From Armatimonadota bacterium (GTDB lineage: Bacteria > Armatimonadota > HRBIN16): 64,000 nucleotides of DNA. Shown in pieces: positions 10,467 to 20,755 of this stretch. Under the pieces are notes generated by a model. The model saw nothing but the letters and a program-made list of their open reading frames with translations, was not told the DNA's origin and did not search any database. Within the stretch, counting starts at the first letter, position 1. Each line of letters begins with the position of its first letter. The DNA is taken from NCBI GenBank assembly GCA_026003175.1, contig BPGT01000003.1, forward strand, positions 268,278 to 332,277, written 5' to 3'. The translations under genes and the position numbers were made by a program.

Positions 10467-13400
10467 CTAGTCCTCCTTCTGCAGTTGTTGGATATAGCGT
10501 CTAAGAGCCTCCATCTCCTCATTCAGCCGTTCTCTAAGCCTCTCGCTTGGCTCAGCATTGACTACTGCTACCAGCTGCTCGATGTATTCTTCCAGATGCA
10601 TGGCTATCGTGTTGCGACCAGCCCATTTTTCCAGCTGTACACGAGCCGCGTCCGCCCGCTTCTGATGTTCTTGGCTGAACCGGAAGGCTTTGTAAGCAGC
10701 TTCTCTCCCATCACCAAGTTTATCTTTGTGGAGTGGACGTTTCTGCCTCCATTTCCCCCACTGTGGAGGCAGTTTATCGGTCAGGGCTATCTGCCATTCA
10801 GTCTCGTACTTGGGTACCAGCTCACCGGAGGTGGTTTCATGTATACCGATATAGTATGAATCACCATGTATAGCAATATATCCGTAAGCTGCCGCCCAGC
10901 TCCACAGCTCATCTACGTGATGCTGGTTCTCAACAGGATGAAGCGGAGGTAGCTTGTCAAAGAACCGTTTATCGAGGTGGAGCCTCGCTTTCACCTTGGG
11001 GTCGGCTATGCGTCGTTGATAGAAATGTCTCATTCTATTGGCGCTGCTCAGGTAGTAAGCACGCGCGCCGTAGGTGCGAAGCATGACCGTTAGCGCAAAG
11101 GGATAGCCGTCCTCTACCACCTCCGGACGATATCCATACTCCTGGCACAGTTGCGAGACTGCCTGTTTCAGTTCCTCAATATGCTCCTGCATGCCGTCCG
11201 TACCGTTCCTGGTGATTGGCATACTCACCGCCATCAGCGTCTCGAACCGTGGTTCGCCCGGAGGACTGCTTGTACTCCAGAACGGCTGGCAAACGTCGAA
11301 CAACAGGTCCAGTTTGCGCTTCAGGTACTCTGCTCTTGGTGTCTCTTTGTCCTTATCTCTAAGCACGACATTTAGTACGTTCGCTTCTTTGCGTAGCAGG
11401 GGCAAGAGCACCTCCGCAGCCGCTCGCAAACACAGTTCCGCGTCCTCTTCGGCAGTGAGGCGGGTCATGGTCAGGTTCCCAAAAGCAGGTTCGTGCTCGA
11501 TTTGCGAGCGCTCCGCTGCTATCCTGTGGCGAATCTTATCATGTGGAACTTGAATCTGTTTATAGAAACTATCGAAGTCTTGGCTCACCATTGCGAGCCA
11601 CTCCAGAGTGTAGCCCTGAGCGTATTGCTGGCTCACAATGCGGTTCGCCCACTCTTTGAGCTTCTCAGCGGTTTTCTCGTTGTGTTTTTGCCAGTTCTGC
11701 ACCAGCTGTGCCCATTCACGAAGGTTTGCTGCTAAAGGTAGCTGTAGTCTATTCCCTTGCTGTTCAATCGCTTGCAGCGCAGCAGACAGAGCCAGACGAG
11801 TGAGACTCTCATTTGCGAAGGCCTTCAATTGGTCTATGGCTTGGTCTATAGCGGCAATCTCTGATGGTGTACCGAGCGAGAACCACCCTATTTGGGCTTC
11901 TCTCAGCCTGCGACATTGCAGGTTGAAGCTTTGTATAGCTTCATCGATAACGGTTTCCTGCCTTTTTATCTTCTCGCTGATCGAGTTTTTCACCTGGTCG
12001 ACGGCTTCGGCGAGTTGGTTTAGAAAAGCCTCTGCAGCTTCGTACCCCAAGTTTTCGAGTATCTCCTCCGCCTTTGTGCCTGCCGCCTCCAGAGCGTTTT
12101 GCAGGTGCTCTGATGCTTTCTTTTCTATTGTCTTCTGCTGTTCAGGTAGCCAGCGGGGACGGAGCCGCTCGAACTCGTCGTTCAACAACTGCGCCACGTA
12201 CTCGAACTTCGCCTTCCAGCTTTTGTGACCAGCACCTTCAGCCTGGTTGAGTAGCTGCTGTTTCTGCGGGGGAGTGTAATACAGTCTGGTGCCGTTTGCG
12301 TTCAGCAGGTTTTCGGTTAACAGGTTACTGTTGTCACGCTCATCCAGGCTGTGTGTTCGCAGAAAGGTGTCCACCTCCTGAAACATGTCGCCGGATGCGT
12401 GCTTGGCTTTCGGCTCAAACCATGCCTCCAGCGCAGCTCTGGCAGCGCAGTATCGTACGAGCTCTTCTATCGGTATCGCCAGGTTAGTGACCGCAAGGCT
12501 GTTCATGAGGCGAGGTTCGCCTGTTTCCGCACAGGGGATAGTCTCGATGACCGCCAGCGAATTGCGCTTGGCGCTGCGGGCGCGTGCTCCCAACGGCGAG
12601 CCGATATCAAGCATCAGGCTTCGCGCTACCATCTCGAAAGCGTCCCTCTTGCTGGTAACACCTTGTCCCTTGGCATTGGTGCCTTCTATCAGAAAGACCT
12701 CATCGAAGAGCGGTTCCTTCAGCGTTAATTCTCCTATCATCGGATAGGTGAACGTCCACCGCTCATTTTGAATGTGTTTGGGATTGCAAAAATACTCTAA
12801 TTCCATTAGACCTGCGTAGGCATTGGCTTCGATCACCTCCATCAGAGTAGAGCTGATCCCACTCTCATGACTGAACACAGAAGGCAGATAGAATATCCCG
12901 ACGGTCTCTCCGTCAAGGTTGTTCTGTTCCATCAGATGCCGGACGACTAGCGCCGTGTCTAAAAAGATGCCAGATCCGGTTCCTCCACACAGGGAGCTGA
13001 TAATGTAGATGCGCGGTTGAGAATGGACAACCTTGATGTTTTGCTGTGCGCCTAGCATCATTGCTTGGGCAAGAGTGCGTACTTGCATGATGCGCTGTAT
13101 CGCTGGCATAATGTAGCCCGGGATAGATCGTGTCAAAGGAGGCATGAAAGGCAAACCTGCCAACAGGGCGAATGCCTGCTGCTCCTATCGCATCCTTCAG
13201 AATAACTACGTCTATCCCGTCGCCCAAAAACTGCTCGAAGTAAGGATGCAGATTGCGATCTCTCCTGAGCTCGCTGATCAGCTTCTCTGGATTATGCACA
13301 ACCACGGACGCTCGCTCGTACTCCTCTACCGCCGCCAAATCACCGTCTTCCGTATAGACTCCTTCGTCCGTGTCTATGAAGAGAAAGCTGATCAGGGTAT

Positions 13401-13560
13401 TCATCTGATATCGCTCGCGAAGAATGCGCTTCAGCCTGCGAGCAGTCTCTACGCCGCTTCCACCTAAACCAATCACGAGCGTAGGGCGGAACTCGCCACC
13501 TTCTGTGAACTGGACTGCGCTCATGACTTCCTTCGTACGCGCTAAAACCGGGTGACGCAT
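10467..13560 (-). CDS. tubulin/FtsZ-superfamily GTPase-like protein (~1030 aa) with long C-terminal helical extension; frame change at CCCGGG 13117-13122
   Basis: ORF 12913-13560 (RBS GGAGG; MRHPV...) has T1-like loop TLVIGLGGSGVETARRL and FtsZ T2/T3-like FLFIDTDEGV. Its plausible part ends at ..FDTIYPG, where overlapping ORF 10467-13163 in the +1 frame continues PGYIMPAIQ... and carries tubulin signature SSLCGGTGSGIFLD (consensus [SAG]GGTG[SA]G). Downstream ~700 aa are E/K/Q/L/A-rich and coiled-coil-like. Confidence 0.7.
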
Positions 13561-13572
13561 CCCTCTACCTCC

Positions 13573-14346
13573 TCATGAAGACGGTATCATTTGCATGAAC
13601 CGCCAGTATGTCCACATTCCGTAAAGGAGAACTGCCGTTGCCAGGAAGAGTACCACTCGCTTGGACATCGTGAACGACCAGAAGGGCAACCTCATCTTTC
13701 CAGCTGCTCTGCACTCCCTATAGTACACTACTCGGTCGCCTGCAGGAAAGGCAATGGTGCTGGGATGGGGACGTATCTCTTTCCATCCGGTCCCATCCTC
13801 CATCCGAACATGCAAGAACTGTTCCCCTGGTTTTGCCATCACGGTGAAAAGCGTTCCTTGCACACCAGGTATCTGTATGGAACAACCAGAACCTCCTACT
13901 GTTTCATTAACCTCTTTTAATTTCTGAGGATGTACCTCCACCGGATAGGCGTTGCCATCTTTAGCACGGATGTCGAGGATGTGATTATACAGCCATACCT
14001 GCTTAGAAGGCAGCAAAAACGCTGCTACCAGTAACATGGTTCCCACCCAAAACGGCCACACCGGTGGAAACACGACGTTTACCCACACGCTATCCGGTTC
14101 CGATTCTATCCATCGTCCCTCGCGCAGTGTCTGGGCAGCCATAAAAAGGCGATACCTGCCCGGCCGCGGAAAGTCTATGCGAGCCGAGAAGCTGCTGGAG
14201 GGATTTTCTGGAACAATGGCTTTAGCTGCAGGTTCTATCCAGCAACGCAATCGCACTTCGTTGTCTGCAGGACGGTAAAGTTGTTGTTGGGAACCGACAA
14301 GCAGTGAAGCGGATACCTTCGTGACGGACGCCACCCCGGGCATCAT
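13573..14346 (-). CDS. membrane protein (two TM segments); possibly C-terminal part of a fused secreted-membrane protein
   Basis: 257-aa ORF. TM segments VVFPPVWPFWVGTMLLVAAFLLP and VVLFLATAVLLYGMWTYW. N-terminal ~90 aa look extracellular but lack their own signal peptide. TGA stop overlaps RBS of tubulin-like gene. Confidence 0.6.
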   Translation of the reverse strand: MMPGVASVTKVSASLLVGSQQQLYRPADNEVRLRCWIEPAAKAIVPENPSSSFSARIDFPRPGRYRLFMAAQTLREGRWIESEPDSVWVNVVFPPVWPFWVGTMLLVAAFLLPSKQVWLYNHILDIRAKDGNAYPVEVHPQKLKEVNETVGGSGCSIQIPGVQGTLFTVMAKPGEQFLHVRMEDGTGWKEIRPHPSTIAFPAGDRVVYYRECRAAGKMRLPFWSFTMSKRVVLFLATAVLLYGMWTYWRFMQMIPSS

Positions 14347-14803
14347 GATTCGGGGAGGTAATGTCCACGTAGGGAACCTGTACTACCGAGAAGGCAATTG
14401 GTTCGCTCCATTTCTCACGTTGCACTTTTGAAGCAATGTCCGTCTGCTGTAGACGGGCTTTGATTTGAAAAGTGCCCTGCTCGTGCAGAGTATACATGTT
14501 GGTAAACAGCCCATCACCGGCAACTGTATCCGTGTGAGAACCGTCATCATAAAGGGAAACTCGCTCGACCAGCCTTCCGGTTGCAGTAAATATATTGGCG
14601 GTCACGAAGTGGCGCGCTACAGAGGAAGACGGAGCCGCACGAACTTCTATACGAATGCTGGGTTCAGCTTTACCCCAGGCGTAAACCTGCTGGTTCTGTG
14701 GTGAAACTACCTCAGGAACAGGCAGAGACTGGGCGCAGAGTGGAGACGTGCTCCATAGCCACAAGCCAACCAAACTTATCCCGATTAGGCGTCCTGCACG
14801 CAT
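14222..14803 (-). CDS. secreted protein (signal peptide); possibly N-terminal part of the same gene as 13573-14346
   Basis: AGGAGG 8 nt before ATG 14803. Signal peptide MRAGRLIGISLVGLWLWSTSPLCAQS. Plausible sequence ends about ...VPYVDITSPNHD at the run CCCCGGG (14334-14340), where the frame of ORF 13573-14346 begins. Remaining tail (ARGGVRHEGIRFTACRFPTTTLPSCRQRS...) is low quality. Confidence 0.6.
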   Translation of the reverse strand: MRAGRLIGISLVGLWLWSTSPLCAQSLPVPEVVSPQNQQVYAWGKAEPSIRIEVRAAPSSSVARHFVTANIFTATGRLVERVSLYDDGSHTDTVAGDGLFTNMYTLHEQGTFQIKARLQQTDIASKVQREKWSEPIAFSVVQVPYVDITSPNHDARGGVRHEGIRFTACRFPTTTLPSCRQRSAIALLDRTCS

Positions 14804-15164
14804 TAGAGTGCCTCCTACTGCGTGAGAGGGTGCGACTATTCGTCATCATGCTCGGTCATGATGCTTACTCTTATAGACACTTTATGATATCAAATGTTTC
14901 AACAAAAGTCGAGCTTTTAGGGCAAATCGGGTAAATTTGCCAGGTACTGTTCACTGAGAGTGCTCTTCTCTATACATGAAGGTGCTCCAGAGGACAGAGG
15001 CAAGCATTGTCACTGAAAATTCCTCCCAAGAACCTGAAACATTCCCCTGCGCTTGTGCATCCAAAAGAGTGAAGGAGAAACCGCAGAGTACTTCCACGAG
15101 GATATTCAGGTAGGGTAGACCTTCCCGCAGAACGGTTGCTCGCCCAGGAAGGTGAGAGGAGAAC

Positions 15165-16013
15165 ATGCGCTTTTGCGCATCTGGGAAGATGGAGGTTCAA
15201 TCAAGTATGTGCTATGCTTCCACATTCCGATTTTTTACACACGTGGAAGTGGATGGTCTGGACGAAGTGCCTTTTGAGGATAGCGAGACCCTGCGCCTGC
15301 CCGACCCGCAGCGACTGCAGCAGCTGGAAGACCTGAGGATAGAGTTCCTGAACCGCTGGCAGGCGGGGGATGAGATAGAAGAGCTGGTTCAACGCATCTT
15401 TGCTGTGCCGGTAGATACCTTCCTGCCGGCGCATCCGCCTCGCTACATTGTGGGCTACAACGTACGGTGTCCCTTGCAGGCGCAGGTGTTTCGCCGCGTC
15501 ATGCGCGACCTGGACCGCTACGTCGCCGTGCTGTCGCGCTTTGTGCTGCGGGTGCGGGTGTTGTCGGTTGCTTCGCCGCTACCGGAACGCCCTGATGGCT
15601 ACCCCGACCTGCCGAGCGTGCTGCGCACCATCCGCTATTTAGGCGAGGGGCTGTGGCTGCGGGCGGTGAGCGACTTCGAGCGTGAGAGGCGCAAAACGCT
15701 GTGCTGGCGCTATCTTCCCAAATCGCTGGTGGCGGAGGGGGCTGTGCCGGAAGGGATGGCGGACGCGCTGGACCTGCTGCTGTATAAAGCGCAAATCGTG
15801 CGTATCCTCGCCAGCGACCCTGTGGGAGAACTGCAAGATGCTCTGGCGCAAGGTGCGGAGGAGTATGTGCACGCGCTACATCGAGTGGTAAAAGCGGTAG
15901 CCATTCACCGGCGTCGGGAACGTCTTAGAAAATTTATGCTGTCGCCTCGCTCTTACCCTGTCGCGAGACGGCAGTTGACCACCTCAACACGGAACCTCGG
16001 GCATAGAGCATAG
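15165..16013 (+). CDS. hypothetical protein
   Basis: 282-aa ORF; AGGAGA 4 nt before ATG 15165; followed by a clean intrinsic terminator. No domain recognised. Confidence 0.65.
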   Translation: MRFCASGKMEVQSSMCYASTFRFFTHVEVDGLDEVPFEDSETLRLPDPQRLQQLEDLRIEFLNRWQAGDEIEELVQRIFAVPVDTFLPAHPPRYIVGYNVRCPLQAQVFRRVMRDLDRYVAVLSRFVLRVRVLSVASPLPERPDGYPDLPSVLRTIRYLGEGLWLRAVSDFERERRKTLCWRYLPKSLVAEGAVPEGMADALDLLLYKAQIVRILASDPVGELQDALAQGAEEYVHALHRVVKAVAIHRRRERLRKFMLSPRSYPVARRQLTTSTRNLGHRA

Positions 16014-16039
16014 GGCCGCTCTCAAGCTCTCTACAGTTT

Positions 16040-16072
16040 GCGGCAGGGTAAAACACCCTGCCGCCTTTTTTA
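16040..16072 (+). terminator. rho-independent terminator (GCGGCAGGGT-aaaac-ACCCTGCCGC + TTTTTT)
   Basis: Perfect 10-bp inverted repeat followed by T6, 27 nt after stop of 15165-16013. Confidence 0.65.
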
Positions 16073-16074
16073 CT

Positions 16075-17374
16075 CTACTTACCGACAGGGATCATCTCGC
16101 CGTGCGCTTCTAACAGGTCATCTACCAACGACCAGATTTCGTCCAGCGTGAGCTCAGCCGCGGTGTGCGGGTCGAGCATCGCCGCATGATAGATATGCTC
16201 GCGTTTGCCGGTCAACGCGGCTTCTACCGTGAGGTACTGCACGTTGACGTTGGTGGAGATGATCGCTGCCAGCTGTGGGGGCAAGTCGCCGATGCGCACA
16301 GGCTGCACGCCGTTCTTGTCCACCAGGCAGGGCACCTCCACACAACAACCGGGCAACAGGTTGGTAATCAACCCATCGTTGCGCACGTTGCCGTACACCA
16401 CGCGCGGGACGCCCGTCTCCATACTATGGATAATCAACGAGCCGTACTCCATGCTACGGTGCACCTCTATCGGCTCGTCGCTTTCGAACTCCACGCGCAT
16501 CCGTTCCCAGCGGGCAATCACTTCCTCACAGCGGCGGATATATTCATCCAGCGGGATGTTGAACCGCTCGATGAGGTCGGGACGGTCGCGCCGGATGAAG
16601 TAGGGCACGTACTCCGCGTAGTGTTCGCTGGACTCGGTGACGAAGTAGCCCAATCGCATCATCATCTCGTAGCGCACGCGGTTATAGTGGGGCACGCGCC
16701 CCTCCAGATATATCTGGCGCAGAGCAGGGTACAGGTCTTGGCCGTTGCGCTCAAAGCGCAGGTAGAAAGCGTGGTGATTGATGCCTGCGCAGACGTAGTT
16801 GACCTCCTCGAAGGGGATTTTAAGGTCTTCCACCGCCAGCGACCACGCCGTGCCCTGTACACTGTGGCACAGCCCCACTACTTTCACCTTCGAAGCGCGG
16901 GTACCACGCCCAGCAGTTGATTGCCATTGGGTTGGTGTAGTTGATGAACAGAGCATCGGGACATAACTCCTCCATGTCGCGCGCGATGCTCAGCAATACG
17001 GGGATGGTTCGCAGTCCACGCATGATGCCCCCAACGCCCAGTGTGTCGGCGATGGTCTGCCGCAAGCCGTACTTCTTGGGGATTTCGAAATCGATCACGG
17101 TGGAGGGTTTGTAGCCGCCCACCTGAATGGTGTTGATGACGTAATCTGCGCCGTCCAGTGCCTCGCGTCGGTCCAAAGTGGCGGTGATGGTAGGATGAGC
17201 GTTCACCGCCTTTGCCACCTTCTCCGCCACGCGCTTCGCGGTGTGCAAACGGTCGGGGTCAATATCCATTAAAGCGATGTGTGACTCCGCCAGTTCGGGG
17301 AAGCTCAAGATGTCGCCCAGCAGGTTCTTGGTGAACACCACGCTCCCCGCACCGATGATGGTTATTTTGGGCAT
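16075..17374 (-). CDS. glycoside hydrolase family 4 (NAD/Mn-dependent alpha-glucosidase/galactosidase type); frame change near 16900-16915
   Basis: ORF 16820-17374 begins MPKITIIGAGSVVFTKNLLGDIL (typical GH4 N-terminus) and contains ...INYTNPMAINCWAWY. ORF 16075-16956 in another frame supplies the continuation KVKVVGLCHSVQGTA (GH4 catalytic Cys-His motif) and the C-terminal domain. Confidence 0.8.
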
Positions 17375-17504
17375 TCTGCAGCTCCTTTCTGCTCGGTTCT
17401 TTCTGCTTTCGGTTCGGTAAAATATCGCTCGCTTCCTGCCGAAGCAGGAGTCCCGAGAGCCGGTACGAATCGAAAGCGTATCTACTGTATGGAGGCAACC
17501 GGAG

Positions 17505-18494
17505 ATGGCATTTCAGGGTAAGGAGCAGTGGAAAGGTGTGCATATCATGGCGCCTCGTTCGGAGGATATGCCTTTGCTCAACAGAGCGATTGAGCAAACT
17601 CTTGCTCCGCTGGGCGTGAACGTGCTGATTCTGGAGGTCAACTACGGCTTCGAGTACCGCTCGCACCCCGAACTGCGGATGAATGGGGCGCTGAGCAAGG
17701 CGGATATCCGTGACATACTGGCAACGTGTCGCAAGTACCGTATTCGCCTGGTGCCGCAGTTTAACTGCCTGGGGCATCAGTCGTGGGCGAAGACCACCTT
17801 CCCCCTGCTGGTGAAGTATCCCGAGTTCGACGAAACTCCGCAAATCCCGATAGACAATCCCGATATCTACTGTCGCAGCTGGTGTCCCTTGCACCCAAAG
17901 GTGAACAAGGTGGTGTTCGCGCTCATGGACGAACTGATAGATGCCTTCGAGGCAGATGCCTTCCACGTAGGCATGGACGAGGTGTTCCTCATCGCCAGCG
18001 ACCAGTGCCCACGCTGTCGCGGCAAGAACCCCGCCGACCTGTTCGCCAAGGCGGTCAAAGACTATCACCAGCATCTGGTGAAAAAGCACAAACTGGCCAT
18101 GCTGATGTGGGGCGACCGGCTGCTGGACGACTCGGTGATGAAGTACGGCAAGTGGGAAGCCAGCCAGAACGGAACCGCGCCGTCCGTGGACATGATTCCC
18201 AAGGATATTATCATTTGCGACTGGCACTACGAGCTGCGCGACGAGTATCCCTCGGTGCCGTTCTTCCAGCAAAAGGGCTTTCGGGTGCTTCCGTCCAGCT
18301 GGCGCAATGTGCAGGCGGCGATTGCCCTGCGCGACTACGCTCGCAAGAACGCCACCGAGAAAATGATCGGTCACCTGTGCACGACGTGGTCTAGCGGTGG
18401 GGACATCGCCCGCGCCCTGCTGGATGACCCCAAGTCTTCCGAGAGCGCGAAACAGGCGGTGCAGGCGTTAAAAGCGGTGGTGTCACCAGATTGA
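17505..18494 (+). CDS. GH20-like (beta-N-acetylhexosaminidase-type catalytic TIM barrel) protein
   Basis: 329-aa ORF; GGAGG 10 nt before ATG 17505. Contains H-x-G-x-D-E motif FHVGMDEV characteristic of GH20 catalytic domains. 371-aa minus-strand ORF 17259-18374 is antisense noise. Confidence 0.65.
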   Translation: MAFQGKEQWKGVHIMAPRSEDMPLLNRAIEQTLAPLGVNVLILEVNYGFEYRSHPELRMNGALSKADIRDILATCRKYRIRLVPQFNCLGHQSWAKTTFPLLVKYPEFDETPQIPIDNPDIYCRSWCPLHPKVNKVVFALMDELIDAFEADAFHVGMDEVFLIASDQCPRCRGKNPADLFAKAVKDYHQHLVKKHKLAMLMWGDRLLDDSVMKYGKWEASQNGTAPSVDMIPKDIIICDWHYELRDEYPSVPFFQQKGFRVLPSSWRNVQAAIALRDYARKNATEKMIGHLCTTWSSGGDIARALLDDPKSSESAKQAVQALKAVVSPD

Positions 18495-18644
18495 CAAATC
18501 TATTGCCACAAGTGCCTCTTAATATCGGGGACGCAATGTAGAGGCGGTATAACGGCATGAGCCTTATCATCCCTGACGAAATCCTGCAGGCAGCGTGGAT
18601 GACGGAGAATGAGGTAAACCCGAATAATCACGTGCGGTGAAGTA

Positions 18645-20249
18645 CTACCCTCTCTCCAGCACCAGCAGCCAGTCCTGGAACTTTGGCAGCACGGGTGTTG
18701 TCCAGCTACCCTGTTCATCGGCGCGAGCCTCGCCCAGCGGTATCTCCTGTCCGGTAGCGGGGTCGAACAGTAACGCCCGGTAGGAGACGTCCGGCTCCAG
18801 CGACTTCACCGTGATTCGCCACTGGTACGTGGGCGCATAGATAAGGCGTAACTCGCCCGGGATGCCTGCCGCATACGGCAGGAAGAAGTTTCCTTCGTTC
18901 CAGTGCGGCTCCACCCATTCGGGGTGTGGCTCAACGCGCCACCACGAGTAGCGCTCCAGCAGCCGTTTTGCCATGCCCAGCTGCGCGGAACCGGGCAGCT
19001 GGTACGCCTCCTCCCAGGGGGTATCACCCCACGCCATGCCGTGCGGGGAGGCGCCGTATGGCTTCTCGCGCGTGTTCACCTGCCAGATGCCGTTCGCGCC
19101 ATAGGTGAAGCCCTTCGCACCGTTCAGCCAGCACGCCCAGAACATTATCCGCTGCACTTCCTGCCTGCTCGCCTCGCCGATGCCTTCGTAGCACACCTCC
19201 CCCTCTACCACCGGCATCACCGGCTGGCGGTTGTAAGAGCGAACCACCTGCTGGATGGTGTTGGGCAGGCTGGTGCGGTCGCCGTGACCGGTCTGCAGCA
19301 TATCGAAATCCAGCATCTCATCGGCAAGACTGTCGCGTGCCGACACGGAGGGGTGCGCCGTGATGGGGTGACCGTAGGGGTCTATGGTGTGCGCATATCG
19401 GGCCACCTCTTCCCACATCGCACGGGTTTGGGCAGCGTACTGCTCGTGCCACTCGCGCGGGCGGTGGTGGTCGTCGTAGAAGGGCATGAGAATCTCGCCT
19501 GCCAGACACCACACCACGGGATAGGCTCCCCACCGCGCTACCAGATAGCGCCAGTGCTGTTTCATCTTCTCCACGCCCAACCAGTGGATGTAGTATCCCC
19601 AGCAGCCCACAATGCAGGGCACGAGTCCGTTCTTCACCAGCCAGTGAATGCGCAGATCCGCCATGTCAAAGTAGCGCGGGTTGATTCGTCTCCACCCCTC
19701 TTCCCACGCGAAGCCTGCTTCGTTCATGCTGCGCTCGTCGAAAGCCCCCATATCGGGGTACAGTCCCGCCACTATCTGGATGACCGTGAATCCCTTCTGC
19801 ACGCGGTCGGCAGTCAGGGCGGCGAAGTCGCCGGGGAAGGAGAGCCGCTTGCTAAGACCCATCCACCACGTGTCGCCCAGCCAGAGGAAAGGCGTGCCAT
19901 CGCGGTGTTGCAGGTAGCGTCCGTCTGCTGAGACCTGCAGACCGCCGCGACGCAGCAGGGGGTTGGTTCCCTCATACGGTTGGACGGTCAGCTTGCCCTC
20001 CACACCATGCAGGGAAGGGTTGTTGGTATCGGTGCACACGGTGCGCCAGCGGTACTCGCCTGCCTGCGAAGGGGCGAAGCGTACACGCCACTCCTGCTCC
20101 CCTGCCCAGAAGGCAGGTACCCTTTGTTCACTGCCGTCGGGCGCAGTGAAGAGCACATCCAGTTCCACATCGTGGAACGGGTCGGAGTAAGAGCGCGAGG
20201 ACACAAGTCCCCACTCTATGGGGCAGTTTGCCTGTGCCGAATAGTGCAT
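18645..20249 (-). CDS. DUF5060/DUF4038-type glycoside hydrolase (GH140-like)
   Basis: ORF 18645-20294; best start ATG 20249 (MHYSAQANC..., GGAGG 6 nt upstream). N-terminal Ig-like region then TIM-barrel-like region with FLWLGDTWW. Family assignment by resemblance, moderate. Confidence 0.7.
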   Translation of the reverse strand: MHYSAQANCPIEWGLVSSRSYSDPFHDVELDVLFTAPDGSEQRVPAFWAGEQEWRVRFAPSQAGEYRWRTVCTDTNNPSLHGVEGKLTVQPYEGTNPLLRRGGLQVSADGRYLQHRDGTPFLWLGDTWWMGLSKRLSFPGDFAALTADRVQKGFTVIQIVAGLYPDMGAFDERSMNEAGFAWEEGWRRINPRYFDMADLRIHWLVKNGLVPCIVGCWGYYIHWLGVEKMKQHWRYLVARWGAYPVVWCLAGEILMPFYDDHHRPREWHEQYAAQTRAMWEEVARYAHTIDPYGHPITAHPSVSARDSLADEMLDFDMLQTGHGDRTSLPNTIQQVVRSYNRQPVMPVVEGEVCYEGIGEASRQEVQRIMFWACWLNGAKGFTYGANGIWQVNTREKPYGASPHGMAWGDTPWEEAYQLPGSAQLGMAKRLLERYSWWRVEPHPEWVEPHWNEGNFFLPYAAGIPGELRLIYAPTYQWRITVKSLEPDVSYRALLFDPATGQEIPLGEARADEQGSWTTPVLPKFQDWLLVLERG

Positions 20250-20266
20250 GGTTTGCCTCCTGCCTG

Positions 20267-20755
20267 CTATTCCCGAATGCCCTCTACCAGGCAACGCACG
20301 TACCAGATTTGTCCGGCGTGGTAGATATCATGTTCGATAGCGAGCAGGAAAATCTCCTCTGCGGACATCTTCTTACCGTGATAATAGGGAACCTTGTGCG
20401 TCAACTGCTCGTCGGTAAGGGTGTGGAGGGTTGCCAGCAGTTGCTCGTGTCCGGCGTCCGCAAGGCGGATGGCGGCGGCGAGGTCGCCTCCGTCTTCCTC
20501 GAATCGCTGCTGAATCTGCTCCCAGCGGAGCGCACCGTCTCCAAACGCCACGTTGTGCAGGGCGTGCTTGTCGCCGGCAGCGTGGAAGGCGATTTCCAGA
20601 ATGGAGCCGTGCATCCAGGGGAAGCCTTTGTAGTGAGGAGGGCGCCATCGCGCCGTCTGGTCGTCCACGCCTTCCAGCGCACGACGCAGGGAGTGGTAGC
20701 GACTATCGCGATAGGCGCGCTCCAGCAACTGGGCAAGCGTCTGTACCCGGTTCAT
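20267..20755 (-). CDS. DinB family protein (DinB_2/YfiT-like)
   Basis: 162-aa ORF; GAGGGAG before ATG. His-rich helical-bundle pattern (..HGSILEIAFHAAGDKHALHNV..EHDIYHAGQI). Confidence 0.8.
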   Translation of the reverse strand: MNRVQTLAQLLERAYRDSRYHSLRRALEGVDDQTARWRPPHYKGFPWMHGSILEIAFHAAGDKHALHNVAFGDGALRWEQIQQRFEEDGGDLAAAIRLADAGHEQLLATLHTLTDEQLTHKVPYYHGKKMSAEEIFLLAIEHDIYHAGQIWYVRCLVEGIRE

